A stretch of 64,000 nt of DNA from an uncultured Acidobacteriota bacterium (lineage in GTDB: Bacteria; Acidobacteriota; Thermoanaerobaculia; UBA5066). The notes under the pieces are model-generated. The model ran no database searches. It had not been told where the DNA came from and saw only the letters and a list, made by a program, of their open reading frames with translations. A program made the translations under genes and the position numbers. The stretch is from contig CAVZYA010000001.1 in the NCBI GenBank assembly GCA_963779415.1, positions 640,001 to 704,000 on the forward strand, in the 5' to 3' direction. Positions 1 through 11,389 of the stretch are shown here, one piece after another. Every line of letters begins with the position of its first letter. The first letter of the stretch is position 1.

Positions 1-884
1 CAGACGCCGAGCGCGAGAAATAGGGTGAACTGAAGGATGACGAGGACGCCGCTCCCGATCAGGGCCCGCTGCGCGTCCCGGAGTCCGCGGCAGGCGAGGA
101 GGCGCTGAACGATGAGCTGATCGGCTCCGTGGCTCGCCATCGCGAGGAATCCGCCGCCGACGACCCCGGCCCAGAACGTATAGGGCTGGGACGGGTCGAA
201 CGCGAAGTTGAAGAGATGGACCGGCTGCCCCTCCGCCGCGTTCCGGGCCCAAGCCCCGGCGAGCCCTCCCGGGATTCGCTCGAGGAGAATCGCAAAGGAC
301 ATCACCGCGCCCGACAGGTAGACGACGACCTGGATCAGGTCGATCCAGACGACGGCCTTCAGCCCTCCCAGGTAGGTGTAGAGGGCGGTCGCCCCCGCGA
401 GGGCGAGGATCGCGACCCAGACCGGGACTCCGGTCATCAGGGCGATCGGGATGGCCGGGACGGCGAGGCGGACGCTCGCCGCCATCACGCGCGTCACCAT
501 GAAGATGAACGACGTGAAGCGCCGGGCGCCGACGCCGAATCGCCGCTCGAGGAGCGCGTACGCGGTCGGGATCTCGCCCCGGAAGTAGCTCGGGAGGAGA
601 AGCGCAGCGACCGCGATCCGCCCGACGAGGTATCCGAACGTCAGCTGGAGGAAAGTGAAGCCGCTCCGGTAGGCGTCGCCGGGGACGGAGAGGAACGTCA
701 GGGCCGACGTCTCGGTCGCGACGATCGACGCCATGACCGCGTACCACGGCAGCGCCCGGTTTCCGAGGAAGTAGTCCTTCGCGTCCTTCTGGCCCCGCCC
801 GAGCCAGGCCCCGAGCAGGTTGATCCCGACGAGATAGACGACGATCGCGAGGAGCGTCGGGAGCCCGAGCCGGAGCGATTCCAT
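1..884 (-). CDS. Sodium:solute symporter (SSS/SLC5 family), runs off the window's left edge
   Basis: Manual translation from ATG at 884: MESLRLGLPTLLAIVVYLVGINLLGAWLGRGQKDAKDYFLGNRALPW...SIVATETSALTFLSVPG...YTYLGGLKAVVWIDLIQ...DQLIVQRLL, which are typical SSS motifs. Absent from the ORF track because no stop lies in the window. Confidence 0.88.
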   Translation of the reverse strand, partial: MESLRLGLPTLLAIVVYLVGINLLGAWLGRGQKDAKDYFLGNRALPWYAVMASIVATETSALTFLSVPGDAYRSGFTFLQLTFGYLVGRIAVAALLLPSYFRGEIPTAYALLERRFGVGARRFTSFIFMVTRVMAASVRLAVPAIPIALMTGVPVWVAILALAGATALYTYLGGLKAVVWIDLIQVVVYLSGAVMSFAILLERIPGGLAGAWARNAAEGQPVHLFNFAFDPSQPYTFWAGVVGGGFLAMASHGADQLIVQRLLACRGLRDAQRALIGSGVLVILQFTLFLALGV

Positions 885-943
885 TCGCGCGGAATGATCA
901 CACGGAAGCCATTTGTCCCCGGGGCGTCGCTACACTTCCATCC

Positions 944-3900
944 GTGCCCACGGCCCCTCCCCCGCACCGCCTCTTCGCCGGCCCGTTTCGGGCGCTCGAG
1001 CCGACCTTCCTCGCGGAGATTCGCTCTCTCAAGGGAGAAGACCCGCTCCGGCCGGTCGAGATCCTCGTCGGTTCGAACCTCCTCGCCGTCTACCTTCGCC
1101 GACGGGCGGCCGAGACGTTCGGCGCCGTGGCGAATCTCAGGTTCCTGACTTTTCTCGATCTGGCGAAGGAGCTCGTCCCGGAAGGCGACCCGCGACCGCC
1201 GCTGCCGGCGCTCGGCGAGAGGCTCCTCGCGCGCAAGGCGCTTCAGGCGACGAGAGAAGCGGCGGCGTTCGGAGCGATTCGAGACCGCCCTTCGCTCGCC
1301 GCGGCGATCGTCTCGACAGCGAACGACCTTCGCGAGGCGGGGATTGCTCGGGAAGAGATCCCGGGGCTCCTTGCAGGCGCGTCGGAGCTGGACGATCGCC
1401 GCAGGAATCTTCGCGCGCTGGCAGCCGTCGTCTCTTCATTCGAAGAATCCCGGCGCCGGTTCCACGATGCGACGGCTCTTCTCGAGCGTGCCGTCGATGC
1501 TCCGCTCTCCTCCTCGGACGAGCCGCTCCTCGTCTACGGCCTCTACGATCTCGGCGGCCTTCGCGAGCGGCTCCTCTCCGGCGTCGCCGCGGCCCGGCCG
1601 GTCATCGCCTTCGTTCCCGACGACGGCGGACCGGAGCCGGAAGAGTCTCCTCTCGTGAGGTGCCGCCTTTTCGAGAAGCTCCTCGGCGCTGCCGCAGAGC
1701 GGCTCCCGGCCGGGCCGGAAGTGACGCCACGCTTCGTCATCGCGCCGACGGACGGCGCGGAAGGACGCGAAACGATCCGCGAGATCCTCCGTGCCGTCGA
1801 CGAAGGGATCCCTCTCCACCGGATCGCCGTCCTCGTCCGGAATCCGGAACGCCAGGAAGCGCTCCTCGTGACCGAGCTCGGCCTTCGGAGGATCCCGTAC
1901 TTCCGTCCCGCCGGGCCCGGCTTCTCGCGCTCGCCTCTCGGCCGCGCCGCACGCGTTCTCGTCCGCCTCTCCGTCGAGGACCATCCGTGGAAAGCCGTCC
2001 GGGAGCTGCTCGACCTTCTGGAGAATCTCGGCCTCCTGCCAGTTCTGGGTCTTGCCGCTCTTTCTCCGGCGAGGGCCGGCGCTCTTCTCACCGAGATGGG
2101 CTTCTCGTCGGGGAAGGAGAGCCTCGTCGCCTGCCTCGCGTCGGCTCGCGAGCGGCTCAACCGCCCCTTCCACGCCGCGGACGATCCCGACGGCCGGTTT
2201 GCCACCCGCCGGGAACGAGAGCGAGCGGAGCTCGACCTTCTGGAGAAAGCCGTCGCGGTGCTCCTCGCGGCGACTCCCGTCGCGCAGCCGGCGGCATGGG
2301 CAGAATGGGCGGGGCGCCTTCGCCGGTCGTTCGACGCTCTCTTCGCGACCCTTCCGGATCGGGAAAGACTGGAGCGCGGCGTCGAGGCGATAGAGCAGCT
2401 CGAGAACGTCGAGCAGGGCGCCCTCCTCGAAGCCGCGGCTCTCGAGCCGATCCTCGCCGACGCGCTCGATCTCTCCCCGGAGATCCACGGACGGTTCGAG
2501 CGGAACGGGATCGCGCTCCTCTCCGCGGTCTCCGCACGCGGACTGCTCTTCGACGTCGTCCTCGTCCCGGGGCTCGTTGAACAGTCGTTCCCGCGCCCCG
2601 TCCGTCCCGACCCGCTTCTCTTCGACGCCGAGCGAAAGGCGATCTCCCGTTCTACCGGAAAGCCCCTTCCGACGTGGGCCGACGAACGACCTCTCCGCGA
2701 GGAACGCTTTCTCTTCTGGCTCGCGCGCTCCTCCGCGACGAAGCGTCTGGTCCTTCTCGCCGCGGCCCGGGACGTGGCGACCGATCGTCCCCGGCTCCTC
2801 TCGCCTTATCTCCTCGACCTGTGCGAGAAAAAGGACCGCGAGGCCCTTCGCCGGCGCGAGCTCGGACGTTTCGCTCCGCTTCCGGAGAGGATCTCGTGGC
2901 TTCCGGCATGGCGCGCGCCCCTCGAAGGACCTCCGGTCGACGCCGAGGAGGCGCTCCGGCGCACGCTCTTCCGTTCTCCCGGGCTCCGAAAGTCCCTTCC
3001 CAGATCCGCGACGCCGGCCGTCGACGCCCTGGCGCGCGCCGCTTCCCGCCGCGCGCCCTTCTTCACGGCGCACGAGGGAAAGACCGACCGGGCCGCCTCG
3101 GGGCTCCTCCTTCGTGGGCGAGTCGTCTCGGCCAGCCGCCTCGAACGGTTCGCCGGCTGCCCGTATCGCGCGTTCCTCGAGCGCGGGCTTCATCTCAAGG
3201 TACTTCCCGAGGTGGACGACGAATCGCCTTTCGGCCTCGACCCGCTGGCCCGAGGAAACGCCCTGCATGCGGCCGTCCGCGACCTGACCCGGTCGATCCT
3301 TAAGAGTGGCCGGACGTTCGCCGATCTCCGACTCGACGAGATTCCCGCCCTCGCGGCCTCCGCGGCCCGCCGTGCCGTCGAGGAGGTCGTGGCCACGTCC
3401 GGGCCTGCTCCTCCCCCGTTCTCGTCGAAATCGAGATCGACGCCCTCCGGGCTCTCCTCGAGGCGCTCTATGCCTGGCTGAGATCCACGACTCCGGATCT
3501 CCCTCCCGCGGGAGCGGAGGTCCGGTTCGGGCCCGCCACGGCGGACCCCGCGGACCGCGACGAAGACGCCGTACTTTCCACGAGCGATCCTGTTCCGGTT
3601 CCGGGCCTCCCGTTCGAGATCCGGCTCTCCGGCAGGATCGACCGGCTCGACCGTGACGGCGACCGGGCGTCCGTCGTCGACTACAAGACCGGAAAGCCCG
3701 AGCCGTACGGAGAAAGGAACGAGAACCGATACCGGGTCGCCGGCGGCGAGCGGCTCCAGCTCCCCGTTTATGCGCTCGCCGCGCGACATTTCGGAGCCTC
3801 GCGGGTCGCGTCGGCATATCTCTTCGTCCGCTTCTACAAGGGGAAGCCGAAGGTCACCGGGATCCGCTTCGGAGAAGACGAGACCGAAGAAGCGATCGCC

Positions 3901-4116
3901 GGCTTGAAAGACGCCCTCGTCCTGATGGACGAGGCCGTCCGGTCCGGCCTCTACCTCCCGAAGACGACCTCTCTCCGCTCCGCCTATCCATGCGACACCT
4001 GCGACTTCGCCGCCGTCTGCGGGCCGGGACACGACAGGGTCTACGGGAGGAAGTGGCAGGGAGAGGCCGAGCGCGGATCGGCGACCCCTCTCCGAAAGCT
4101 GGAGGAGATCCGGTGA
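944..4116 (+). CDS. addB: AddB/RexB-like inactive helicase plus PD-(D/E)XK nuclease subunit, with one frameshift near 3415
   Basis: ORF 944-3481 ends just after SASRLERFAGCPY...RGNALH. After a shift at the CCTCCCCCG run it continues ...LSGRIDRLD...VVDYKTG...LQLPVYA...CDTCDFAAVC to TGA 4116. The four Cys match the AddB Fe-S staple. Overlaps addA by GTGA. Confidence 0.78.
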
Positions 4117-7100
4117 CGCTGCGCGATGCGGCGGCACGCACCCGGGCCGAAACCGAGGCGGGATCTTCCCTTCTCGTCGAGGCCTCCGCAGGCACCGGGA
4201 AGACGACGTCGCTGATCAACCGGATCGTCCACCTCGTCGTCAAGGGGGACGCCCCGCTTCGCGAGATCGCCGCGATGACCTTCACCGAGAAGGCGGCCGG
4301 CGAGATGAAGACGCGCCTCCGTCAGGCGCTCGACGACGCCCTCGCGACCGACCTGAGTGAGGACGAGAGAAAGCGCACCGAGCGGGCGACCTTCGACCTC
4401 GACGCCGCGGAGATCTCGACGATTCACTCCTTCTGCGCCCGTCTTCTACGCGAGAGGCCCGTCGAAGCCGGCGTCGATCCCGACTTCGTCGCCGGAGACG
4501 AGCTGCTCGCGGCGGACCTCGCCGACGAGGCGTGGCGAGACTGGTTCGACCGGGCCGCGCGCCGCGACCCCGGCCCCGTCGCGGACGTCCTTCGACTGGG
4601 CGTCTCCCCCGAAAGGCTCAAGGCCCTCGCACTCGACCTCTATGAGCAGCGCCTGCCGCTCGCCGATGCGATCCTCCCGGAAGATTCGCTCGAGGAGATC
4701 CGGGAAGAGATCCGGATTCTTCGAAAGGAATGGGAGGAGGTGCTCGGCCTCTTCCCTTCGAAGCTTCAATCCGACGCGAAGGCCGACCAGATTCGAAGCG
4801 CGCTGGAAGAGCTGGCCTCGTGGCAGTCGCCGGACCTCGAGGACTTCCGCGGTCTTCGCCTTCAGACGAAATTCAATCTCGGCTGTGGCAGCCGCTTCGC
4901 TCTCGAGGAAGACGGAAAGGAGCGCTTCAAGGCCGCTGCCGAGGCAACGAAGCTCCTCGCCGCCGGATTCGACGCTCTCCCCTTCGTCTCGAAGCTGACA
5001 TCCCTCGTTGCAGAGATCCGCTCCTCCTTCTTCTCGGAGATCGAAGCCGCCAAGCGGCGAGACGGGCTGCTCGACTTCGACGACCTCCTCCTCAAGGCCC
5101 GCGACCTGCTTCGAAACTCCCGAGCCGCGCGAGAGCATTTCCACGCGAAGTACCGGACGCTCGTCGTGGACGAGTTCCAGGACACGGACCCCGTCCAGGC
5201 GGAGATCGTGATGCGCCTCGCCGCGGCGCCGGAACGGAGCGGAAGGGCCTTGGAAGGAATTGACCCCCGAGCCGGGGCGCCTCTTCATCGTCGGCGATCC
5301 GAAGCAGTCGATCTACCGATTCCGGCGCGCCGACATCGAGACATACGCAGAAGCGCGGAAGCCGACTTCCCGGCAGCCGATCGGCTCCCCTTCTCGAGTA
5401 ACTTCCGGTCGACGAAGCCTCTCCTCGATTTCTTCAACGAGATCGGCCCCGTTCTCCTTCCGCCGCCGGAAGGGACGAGGGTACGCGGTCGGCTACGCTC
5501 CGCTCGACCCGACCCTGGAGACGAAGCCCGGCGACGGCCCGGCCGTCTTCTTCCTCTCGCCTCCCGCGCCGGTCTCGCCGCGCCGACTGCCCCGTGGACG
5601 ACGAGATCTCCCGGTCCGCCGGCAGGAGGCCCGCGCGGTCGCCAATCTCCTTCTCGACCGCTTCTCGAGGCGCGAGAAGTCCGTGGAGCCGGATCGCCGT
5701 CCTCGTCCCGCGAAACGACACCGTGCCGCTTCTCGAGGATGCCTTCCGCGACGCGGGGATTCCGTTCGTTCTCGAAGGGGGAAAGAGCTTCTACAGGCGC
5801 GAGGAAGTCGCGGCCGCCGTTCAGGCGCTCCGCGCCATCGACGATCCTTCCGACGGCATCGCCGTCGTCGCCGCCCTGAAGTCGGTTCTCTTCGGCGATC
5901 TCCGATCGTCTCCTTCTCGACGCGGCCGAGGCGGGAGTCCGGTTCGACGACCCGAAGAGCGTACGAGGAGATCGTCGCCGATCTCTCCGGCGATCCGATC
6001 TCCTCCTTCGTCTCCACCGGGACCGGCATCGCGCGCCCCTTTGCCACGACACTCGCGGACCTCCTCGCCTCCCGGCAGGCGCTCGCCGCCATCGAAAACG
6101 GCGCGGTCGTCCACCCCGTTCAGGGTCTTGCGAACCTCGAGAGGCTCCTTTCCTTCGCTCGGGACCTCGACCGCCAAGGCCTGACCTTCCGGGACTCGAT
6201 CGCCCGGATCGTCCGCCAGACGGAAGAGGACGCCGCCGAGCCGGCCGCCTTCACCGAGGAGAGAGACGCCGTCCGGCTGATGACCCTCCACAAGGCGAAA
6301 GGATTGGAATTCGACGTCGTCGTCCTCGCCGACTTCGGCCTCAAAGGGCTGAACGGCGGCGGAGAACCCCCGGCAGTCCTCTGCGAAAGGGCGGGGGGCC
6401 GTTTCGGCGTCCGCCTCGAGTTCGGAAGCCGCGTCGTCCGTTCGGCGCGTTTCGCCGAGGTCGAGGCCGCCGACTCGATCCGTCGCGAGGCGGAAACCCG
6501 GCGCCTTCTCTACGTCGGCTTCACGCGTGCGAGAGAGGCCCTCGTCCTCTCCTGGTTCCGGAGATGGCGCCGCAACAAGGAAGAGGGCCCGCAAGACCTC
6601 CTCCCGGAGAGCCTGCTCGGATCGATCGCGCACCTCGAGACACCGACGGGCCGCCTCGCGGAGCTGGTGCAGGTCATCCCTGCCGATCTCGACGCGCCCT
6701 CGACCCGTGCGTCGGCGACGGAACCTGCGGAGCCGGTCGACGTCGCCGCGGAGATGGCCGCCGCGGAGGTTCTTCTCGAGACGGCTCGAGACGAGGGCCT
6801 CCCGGGCTCTCCGCCGGGCCGGAGAAAAGGCACCCGCCCTCCCGTTCGTGCACGAGGACGCCGAGCCTTCCGACCGGGACGACGCCCCCGATCGCGCCCG
6901 GCGGATCGGCGTCGCCGTCCACGCGGTGATGGAGGCGCTCCTGAAGCGGACCGCGCCGCCCGGATGCCGCGGCGACGGCGCACGAGGTGAAAAGGGCCTG
7001 CGAGGGTCTCTTCGAGGACGAGCAGCGGGAGGCGTCGGCCCTCGTGAACAAGCTCCTGTCGACGCCGATCGTCGGCCGCGCCCGCGGCAGCGCGCGCCGG

Positions 7101-7385
7101 TTCGTCGAGCTGCCCCTCCTCTACGTCGACGACTCCCTGCCCGATCGTCCTCTCGTCGAAGGAAAGATCGACCTCCTCTTCGAGGAACCCGACGGCTGGC
7201 AGATCGTCGACTGGAAGACGGACCGGGTCGATTCCGCGGAGGATCGCCTCGCGCGCGAGGACCTCTATGCCCCGCAGCTCCGCGCGTACGAAGGGGGCCT
7301 CCGGAAGCTCCTCGGCCCGGGGGCCGCCGTGAAGAAGGGCGTTCTCGTCTTCGCCCGCGGGGCTCAAGGGGTGAAGAAGCGGTAG
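4113..7385 (+). CDS. addA: AddA/RexA UvrD-like helicase-nuclease with several frameshifts between ~5240 and ~6980
   Basis: Motifs VEASAGTGKT, MTFTEKAAGEM, STIHSFC, LDFDDLL, VVDEFQDTD, FIVGDPKQSIYRFRRAD, NFRS, LMTLHKAKGLEF, RRLLYVGFTRAR and GKIDLL...IVDWKTD...QLRAY are spread over ORFs 3990-5879, 5260-6990, 5594-6184 and 6987-7385. Confidence 0.82.
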
Positions 7386-9067
7386 TAGGCGGCCCCCGAG
7401 ACGACGGCTCGCTGGGCCCAGCCGTCCACGATCTCGCCGAACCTGATGGTTTCCGGCTCGACGCTCCTCGCCGATCCGGAAGCGCCCGCTCTCGAGCGGG
7501 ACCAGGAGCCACTCCTCGCCACCGGGCGTCTCCATCCAGAGCTTTCCCTTCCGGATGAAGACGCGGAAGTTGTTCGCCCAGGGCTTCGCGGCCTTGTAGT
7601 GCCCCCGGTAACCCGACCACTCTTTCGGCACGTCGAACGAGCGCGGACCATCGTACTTTTCCGACACGTACCACGAAGGGCCGCACTCCGCCTCCACCGC
7701 GCGCCCGTTCTGGCGTCTGAACCGGAGGAGGTAGAGGTCGAAGTCGGGTTGATCGACCCAGAACCGGTCTTCGCCTCGCGGCTCGAGGGGGTGCCGTTCT
7801 CCGCCCCGGACGAGGAAGAGCCTCTCCCCTTCCGCCTCGAGGACGATCCGGTCGCCGGAAGGGGCGACGAAGGTCCCTGCGAAATCGCTCGCGTCCGCCA
7901 CGCGCGTCCGATCCTCCCCGGGAACCTCCGGAAGAGGCTCGCCTGCCGCATCGGCCAGAAGGGTCCGGAGGACGAAGTCGGCGATCCCGGTCGGCCGCGC
8001 GTCGGCTCGCGCGCGACGTTCGTCAGGACCACGACGCCGACTCCGCCTCCGAGATCGGCCGCGAGGGCGGACGTGAAGCCGAGCATCCCGCCCGTGTGGC
8101 GCAGAAGGGTCCGCTTCTCGTCGCCGAGGACGAAGAAGCCGTATCCGTATGACCAGGGATCCAGCGGCGAAACGCGGACCCACGGCCGGACCATCCGGGC
8201 GAAGCTCTCCTCCGAAAGGATCCTCCCGGAAGGCGCCGCGCCCCGCGAAAGGATCATCCGAAGCCACCGCCCCATGTCGGCTGCCGTGGAGAGGATGCTC
8301 CCGTCGGCCGCGTCGTACTCGATCCACGGCGCCTCGACCAGCGGATACCGGGGGTGGGGCGGCCGGTCGTCCCAGAGCGGGACGTACCCCGTAGCCGACG
8401 AGGGACGGAGCGACGCGGTGATCCTTCCCGAGGTGGCGTTCATCCCGAGCGGCTGAAGGATCTCCGAACGGAGAAACGACTCGTACGCCCCGTGCGTCGC
8501 GGATTCGAGAGCGAGACCGAGAAGCTGATAGCCGATGTTCGAGTAGTGAAAGCCGGGACTCCCGCCCGGGACGGCCCGGCGCTCGCGGGTCGCGAGGGCC
8601 AGCGCCAGCGGCGACGGGATGTCGTCCCGGTCGCCCGGGAGGGCGCCGGTATGCGTCAGGAGCTGGTGGAACGTCGGAGGGCGGACTCCGGCCGGCGGCT
8701 GGAACCACCGGAGCACGCGCGTGACGGGCGAATCGAGGTCGATCCGGCCGGCTTCCGAAAGTCGAAGAACGAGCGCGGCCGTGAAGGCCTTCGAGAGCGA
8801 GCCGATCTGGAATCGTGTCTCCGGCCCGACGGCCTCTCCCGTCTTCAGGTCGGCGACTCCGAAACACCGCTCCCCGATCCGGCCCGTGGAATCGGCCACG
8901 GCGATCGCGACTCCCGGAATCCTCTCCGCGGCGAGCTTCGCCCGGACGAACGTCTCGATACGCTCCCATGCCGCGGGGCTCCCCGGAGCCTTCGGCGGCG
9001 GCTCTGCCGCCGACGCTCCCGTCGCCGCGAGAAACAGGGCCGCGAGGGCCCCCGATCGCCTCGTCAT
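7364..9067 (-). CDS. Secreted serine hydrolase (beta-lactamase/class C-like), with two compensating frameshifts at ~7990 and ~7460
   Basis: Signal peptide MTRRSGALAALFLAATGASA. Motifs FQIGSLSK (SxxK), FHYSN and HTGG. The protein-like segment between ~7990 and ~7460 lies in the frame of ORF 6510-8969. Confidence 0.8.
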   Translation of the reverse strand: MTRRSGALAALFLAATGASAAEPPPKAPGSPAAWERIETFVRAKLAAERIPGVAIAVADSTGRIGERCFGVADLKTGEAVGPETRFQIGSLSKAFTAALVLRLSEAGRIDLDSPVTRVLRWFQPPAGVRPPTFHQLLTHTGALPGDRDDIPSPLALALATRERRAVPGGSPGFHYSNIGYQLLGLALESATHGAYESFLRSEILQPLGMNATSGRITASLRPSSATGYVPLWDDRPPHPRYPLVEAPWIEYDAADGSILSTAADMGRWLRMILSRGAAPSGRILSEESFARMVRPWVRVSPLDPWSYGYGFFVLGDEKRTLLRHTGGMLGFTSALAADLGGGVGVVVLTNVAREPTRGRPGSPTSSSGPFWPMRQASLFRRFPGRIGRAWRTRAISQGPSSPLPATGSSSRRKGRGSSSSGAENGTPSSREAKTGSGSINPTSTSTSSGSDARTGARWRRSAALRGTCRKSTMVRARSTCRKSGRVTGGTTRPRSPGRTTSASSSGRESSGWRRPVARSGSWSRSRAGASGSARSVEPETIRFGEIVDGWAQRAVVSGAAYYRFFTP

Positions 9068-9201
9068 CCCCCCAACCTCCGGACGATCATACGTTTCCGG
9101 GTCTCCCTGATGCATTTGGGTCATGATCCCGGGCGGATCGACCCCGCAAACTCGGAGGCCGGAGCCCGGCCGCCCGTCGGGGGCCGTTCTCTTCGAAGCG
9201 A

Positions 9202-10815
9202 ATGGAAACGTCCCGCATCCCCTGGTGGCGGCGCCTGAGCGTTGCGCTCGTCGCGACGGTGGCCGCCCTCACGCTGATTTCGATCAGCGTTTTCGCCGTC
9301 CTGACGATCGGGGCACAGCGATCGCAGATGATGGACGAGACCCAGCGAGGCGCCGCCCTCTTCTCCGACACCATCCGGACGAGCACGCACGACCAGATGC
9401 TCTCGGACCGGAAGGACGATGCCTACCGCGTCATGGAAGCGATCTCCCGGCGCGAAGGGGTCGAGAAGGTCCGGATCTTCAACAAGGAAGGGAGGATCAT
9501 GTTCTCGACGGCCCCGGGCGAGATCGGGACCTTCGTCGACAAGAAGGCCGAGTCGTGCTACGCGTGCCACGCGGCCGGGCAGCCGCTCGTCCGGCTGTCG
9601 GTCCCCTCGCGGGCCCGGGTGTTCCGCGCTCCGGATGGCCATCGGGTTCTCGGGATGGTGACGCCCATCTACAACGAGACCGCCTGCTCTTCCGCCGCCT
9701 GCCACGTCCATCCGGTGAGCCAGAGCGTTCTCGGCGTCGTCGACGTCTCCATCTCGCTCCAGGAGGTGGATGCCCGGGTGGCCGAACAAACCCAGAGAAC
9801 AATCTGGATCTCGGTCGTCTGCGTTCTCGCGATCGCCGCCACGCTCGGTGTCGCGATCAGCCACTTCGTCCTCCGGCCGGTCCGGGAGATGGTCACGGCC
9901 ACCGAGCGGATCGGGCGGGAGGACCTGCTCGTCACGGTCCCCGTTCACGAACGGAACGAGCTGGGAAGCCTCGCGACGTCGTTCAACGAAATGGCCGAGT
10001 CGCTCGCGAAGGCGCGCGCCGAGCGCCTCGAGCTCCTGAACAGCCTCGAGCATCAGGTGGAAGAGCGGACCGAGGCTTTGAGGGCGGCTCAGGCGCAGCT
10101 CCTCCAGACGGAAAAGCTCGCTTCGCTCGGGCAGCTCTCGGCCTCCATCGCGCACGAGATCAACAACCCGCTCGCGGGAATCCTCACCTTTTCCAAGCTG
10201 CTGATCCGGAACCTCGAGGAGGGAGCGGACCTTTCCGCTCTGAAGGGAAGCTTCCTCCGGAACCTCAAGCTGATCGAGCGCGAGACCGACCGCTGCCGGT
10301 CGATCGTCCGGAACCTCCTCGACTTCGCCCGCCAGCGGCCGCTCGTTCTCGCCGATGTCGACGTCTCCCAGCCTCTCGAGGAAGCGCTTTCGCTTCTGAA
10401 CCACAAGATCGAGCTGCAGGGAATCGCACTCGAGAAGCGGCTCGCCAGCCCGGCCTTCGTCCGCGCCGATTTCGGCCAGCTGCGGCAGGCCTTCGTGAAC
10501 GTCCTCCTCAACGCCTGCGACGCGATGCCGGGCGGCGGACGTCTGGCCGTCGCCGCCGACCTCTCCGCCGACGGAAAGTGGGTGGATGTCGCCTTTTCGG
10601 ACACCGGGCCGGGAATCTCTCCGGGAAACCTGACCCGGATCTTCGACCCTTTCTTCACGACGAAGGAGATGGGGACCGGTCTCGGGCTTTCGGTCGTCTA
10701 CGGCATCGTCCAGAAGCACGGCGGGGAGATGAGGGCCCAGAGCCGCCCCGGCGCGGGGACGACCATGATCATCCGTCTCCCCCTCGCCCCCTCCTCGCCC
10801 GAGGCGGCGGCGTGA
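9202..10815 (+). CDS. Sensor histidine kinase (periplasmic domain with CxxCH and CX4CH motifs, HAMP, HisKA, HATPase)
   Basis: Two TM helices, CYACH and CSSAACH, H-box IAHEINNPL, N-box NACDAM, DTGPGI, FFTTK, GTGLGL. Confidence 0.92.
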   Translation: METSRIPWWRRLSVALVATVAALTLISISVFAVLTIGAQRSQMMDETQRGAALFSDTIRTSTHDQMLSDRKDDAYRVMEAISRREGVEKVRIFNKEGRIMFSTAPGEIGTFVDKKAESCYACHAAGQPLVRLSVPSRARVFRAPDGHRVLGMVTPIYNETACSSAACHVHPVSQSVLGVVDVSISLQEVDARVAEQTQRTIWISVVCVLAIAATLGVAISHFVLRPVREMVTATERIGREDLLVTVPVHERNELGSLATSFNEMAESLAKARAERLELLNSLEHQVEERTEALRAAQAQLLQTEKLASLGQLSASIAHEINNPLAGILTFSKLLIRNLEEGADLSALKGSFLRNLKLIERETDRCRSIVRNLLDFARQRPLVLADVDVSQPLEEALSLLNHKIELQGIALEKRLASPAFVRADFGQLRQAFVNVLLNACDAMPGGGRLAVAADLSADGKWVDVAFSDTGPGISPGNLTRIFDPFFTTKEMGTGLGLSVVYGIVQKHGGEMRAQSRPGAGTTMIIRLPLAPSSPEAAA

Positions 10816-10836
10816 CGGAGAGAACCGGGGGGAGGA

Positions 10837-11385
10837 ATGAAGGGAGCGATCGCGGTCTGGTGGATCGGAGCCGGTCCCTTCGAGGCAAGTCTTCTCGGCG
10901 GCGTGAGACAGGCTCTCGAGACCTCCTACGGGCTTCCCGCGCGCCTTCACCACGGCTCCGATCGGCCTGCCGATTCGTTCGAGCCGAGACGGGGACAGCA
11001 CGCCTCCGGGAAGATCCTGGCCTGGCTCGCCTCGCGCGCTCCCGACGAGAGCCGACGGATCCTCGGCGTGACGGACGCCGACCTCTTCATCCCGATCCTC
11101 ACCTTCGTCTTCGGCGAGGCCGAGCTCCGGGGCCGCGCGGCCGTGGTCTCCACCGCGCGCCTCTCGGACCGGGAAGGCGTCCCGGCCGAACCGTCGCTCC
11201 TCGCCGCCCGCCTCGCCAAGGAGTGCGTCCACGAGGTGGGGCATACGTTCGGTCTGATCCATTGCCGCGTTCCGGGCTGCGCCATGGCCCGGTCCGCGAG
11301 CCTGCGCGACGTCGACGCGAAGACGGAAGATCTCTGCCACGAGTGCCGCGACCACGTCCGCGACGTTCTCCGAAAGGAGCGCTGA
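10837..11385 (+). CDS. Archaemetzincin-family Zn metalloprotease (peptidase M54)
   Basis: HEVGHTFGLIHCRVPGCAM (HExxHxxGxxHC-x4-C-x-M) plus C-terminal CHEC and DLFIPILTFVFGEA. Confidence 0.85.
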   Translation: MKGAIAVWWIGAGPFEASLLGGVRQALETSYGLPARLHHGSDRPADSFEPRRGQHASGKILAWLASRAPDESRRILGVTDADLFIPILTFVFGEAELRGRAAVVSTARLSDREGVPAEPSLLAARLAKECVHEVGHTFGLIHCRVPGCAMARSASLRDVDAKTEDLCHECRDHVRDVLRKER

Positions 11386-11389
11386 AGCC

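Noticed and set aside
944-7385. Helicase-nuclease pair as an anti-phage system, or programmed frameshifting
   Set aside because: Gene order and motifs match housekeeping AddBA, and the shifts are numerous and irregular rather than at a single slippery site.
7364-9067. Beta-lactam resistance gene
   Set aside because: SxxK, YxN and HTG motifs are shared by many esterases and peptidases. Nothing indicates a true beta-lactamase.
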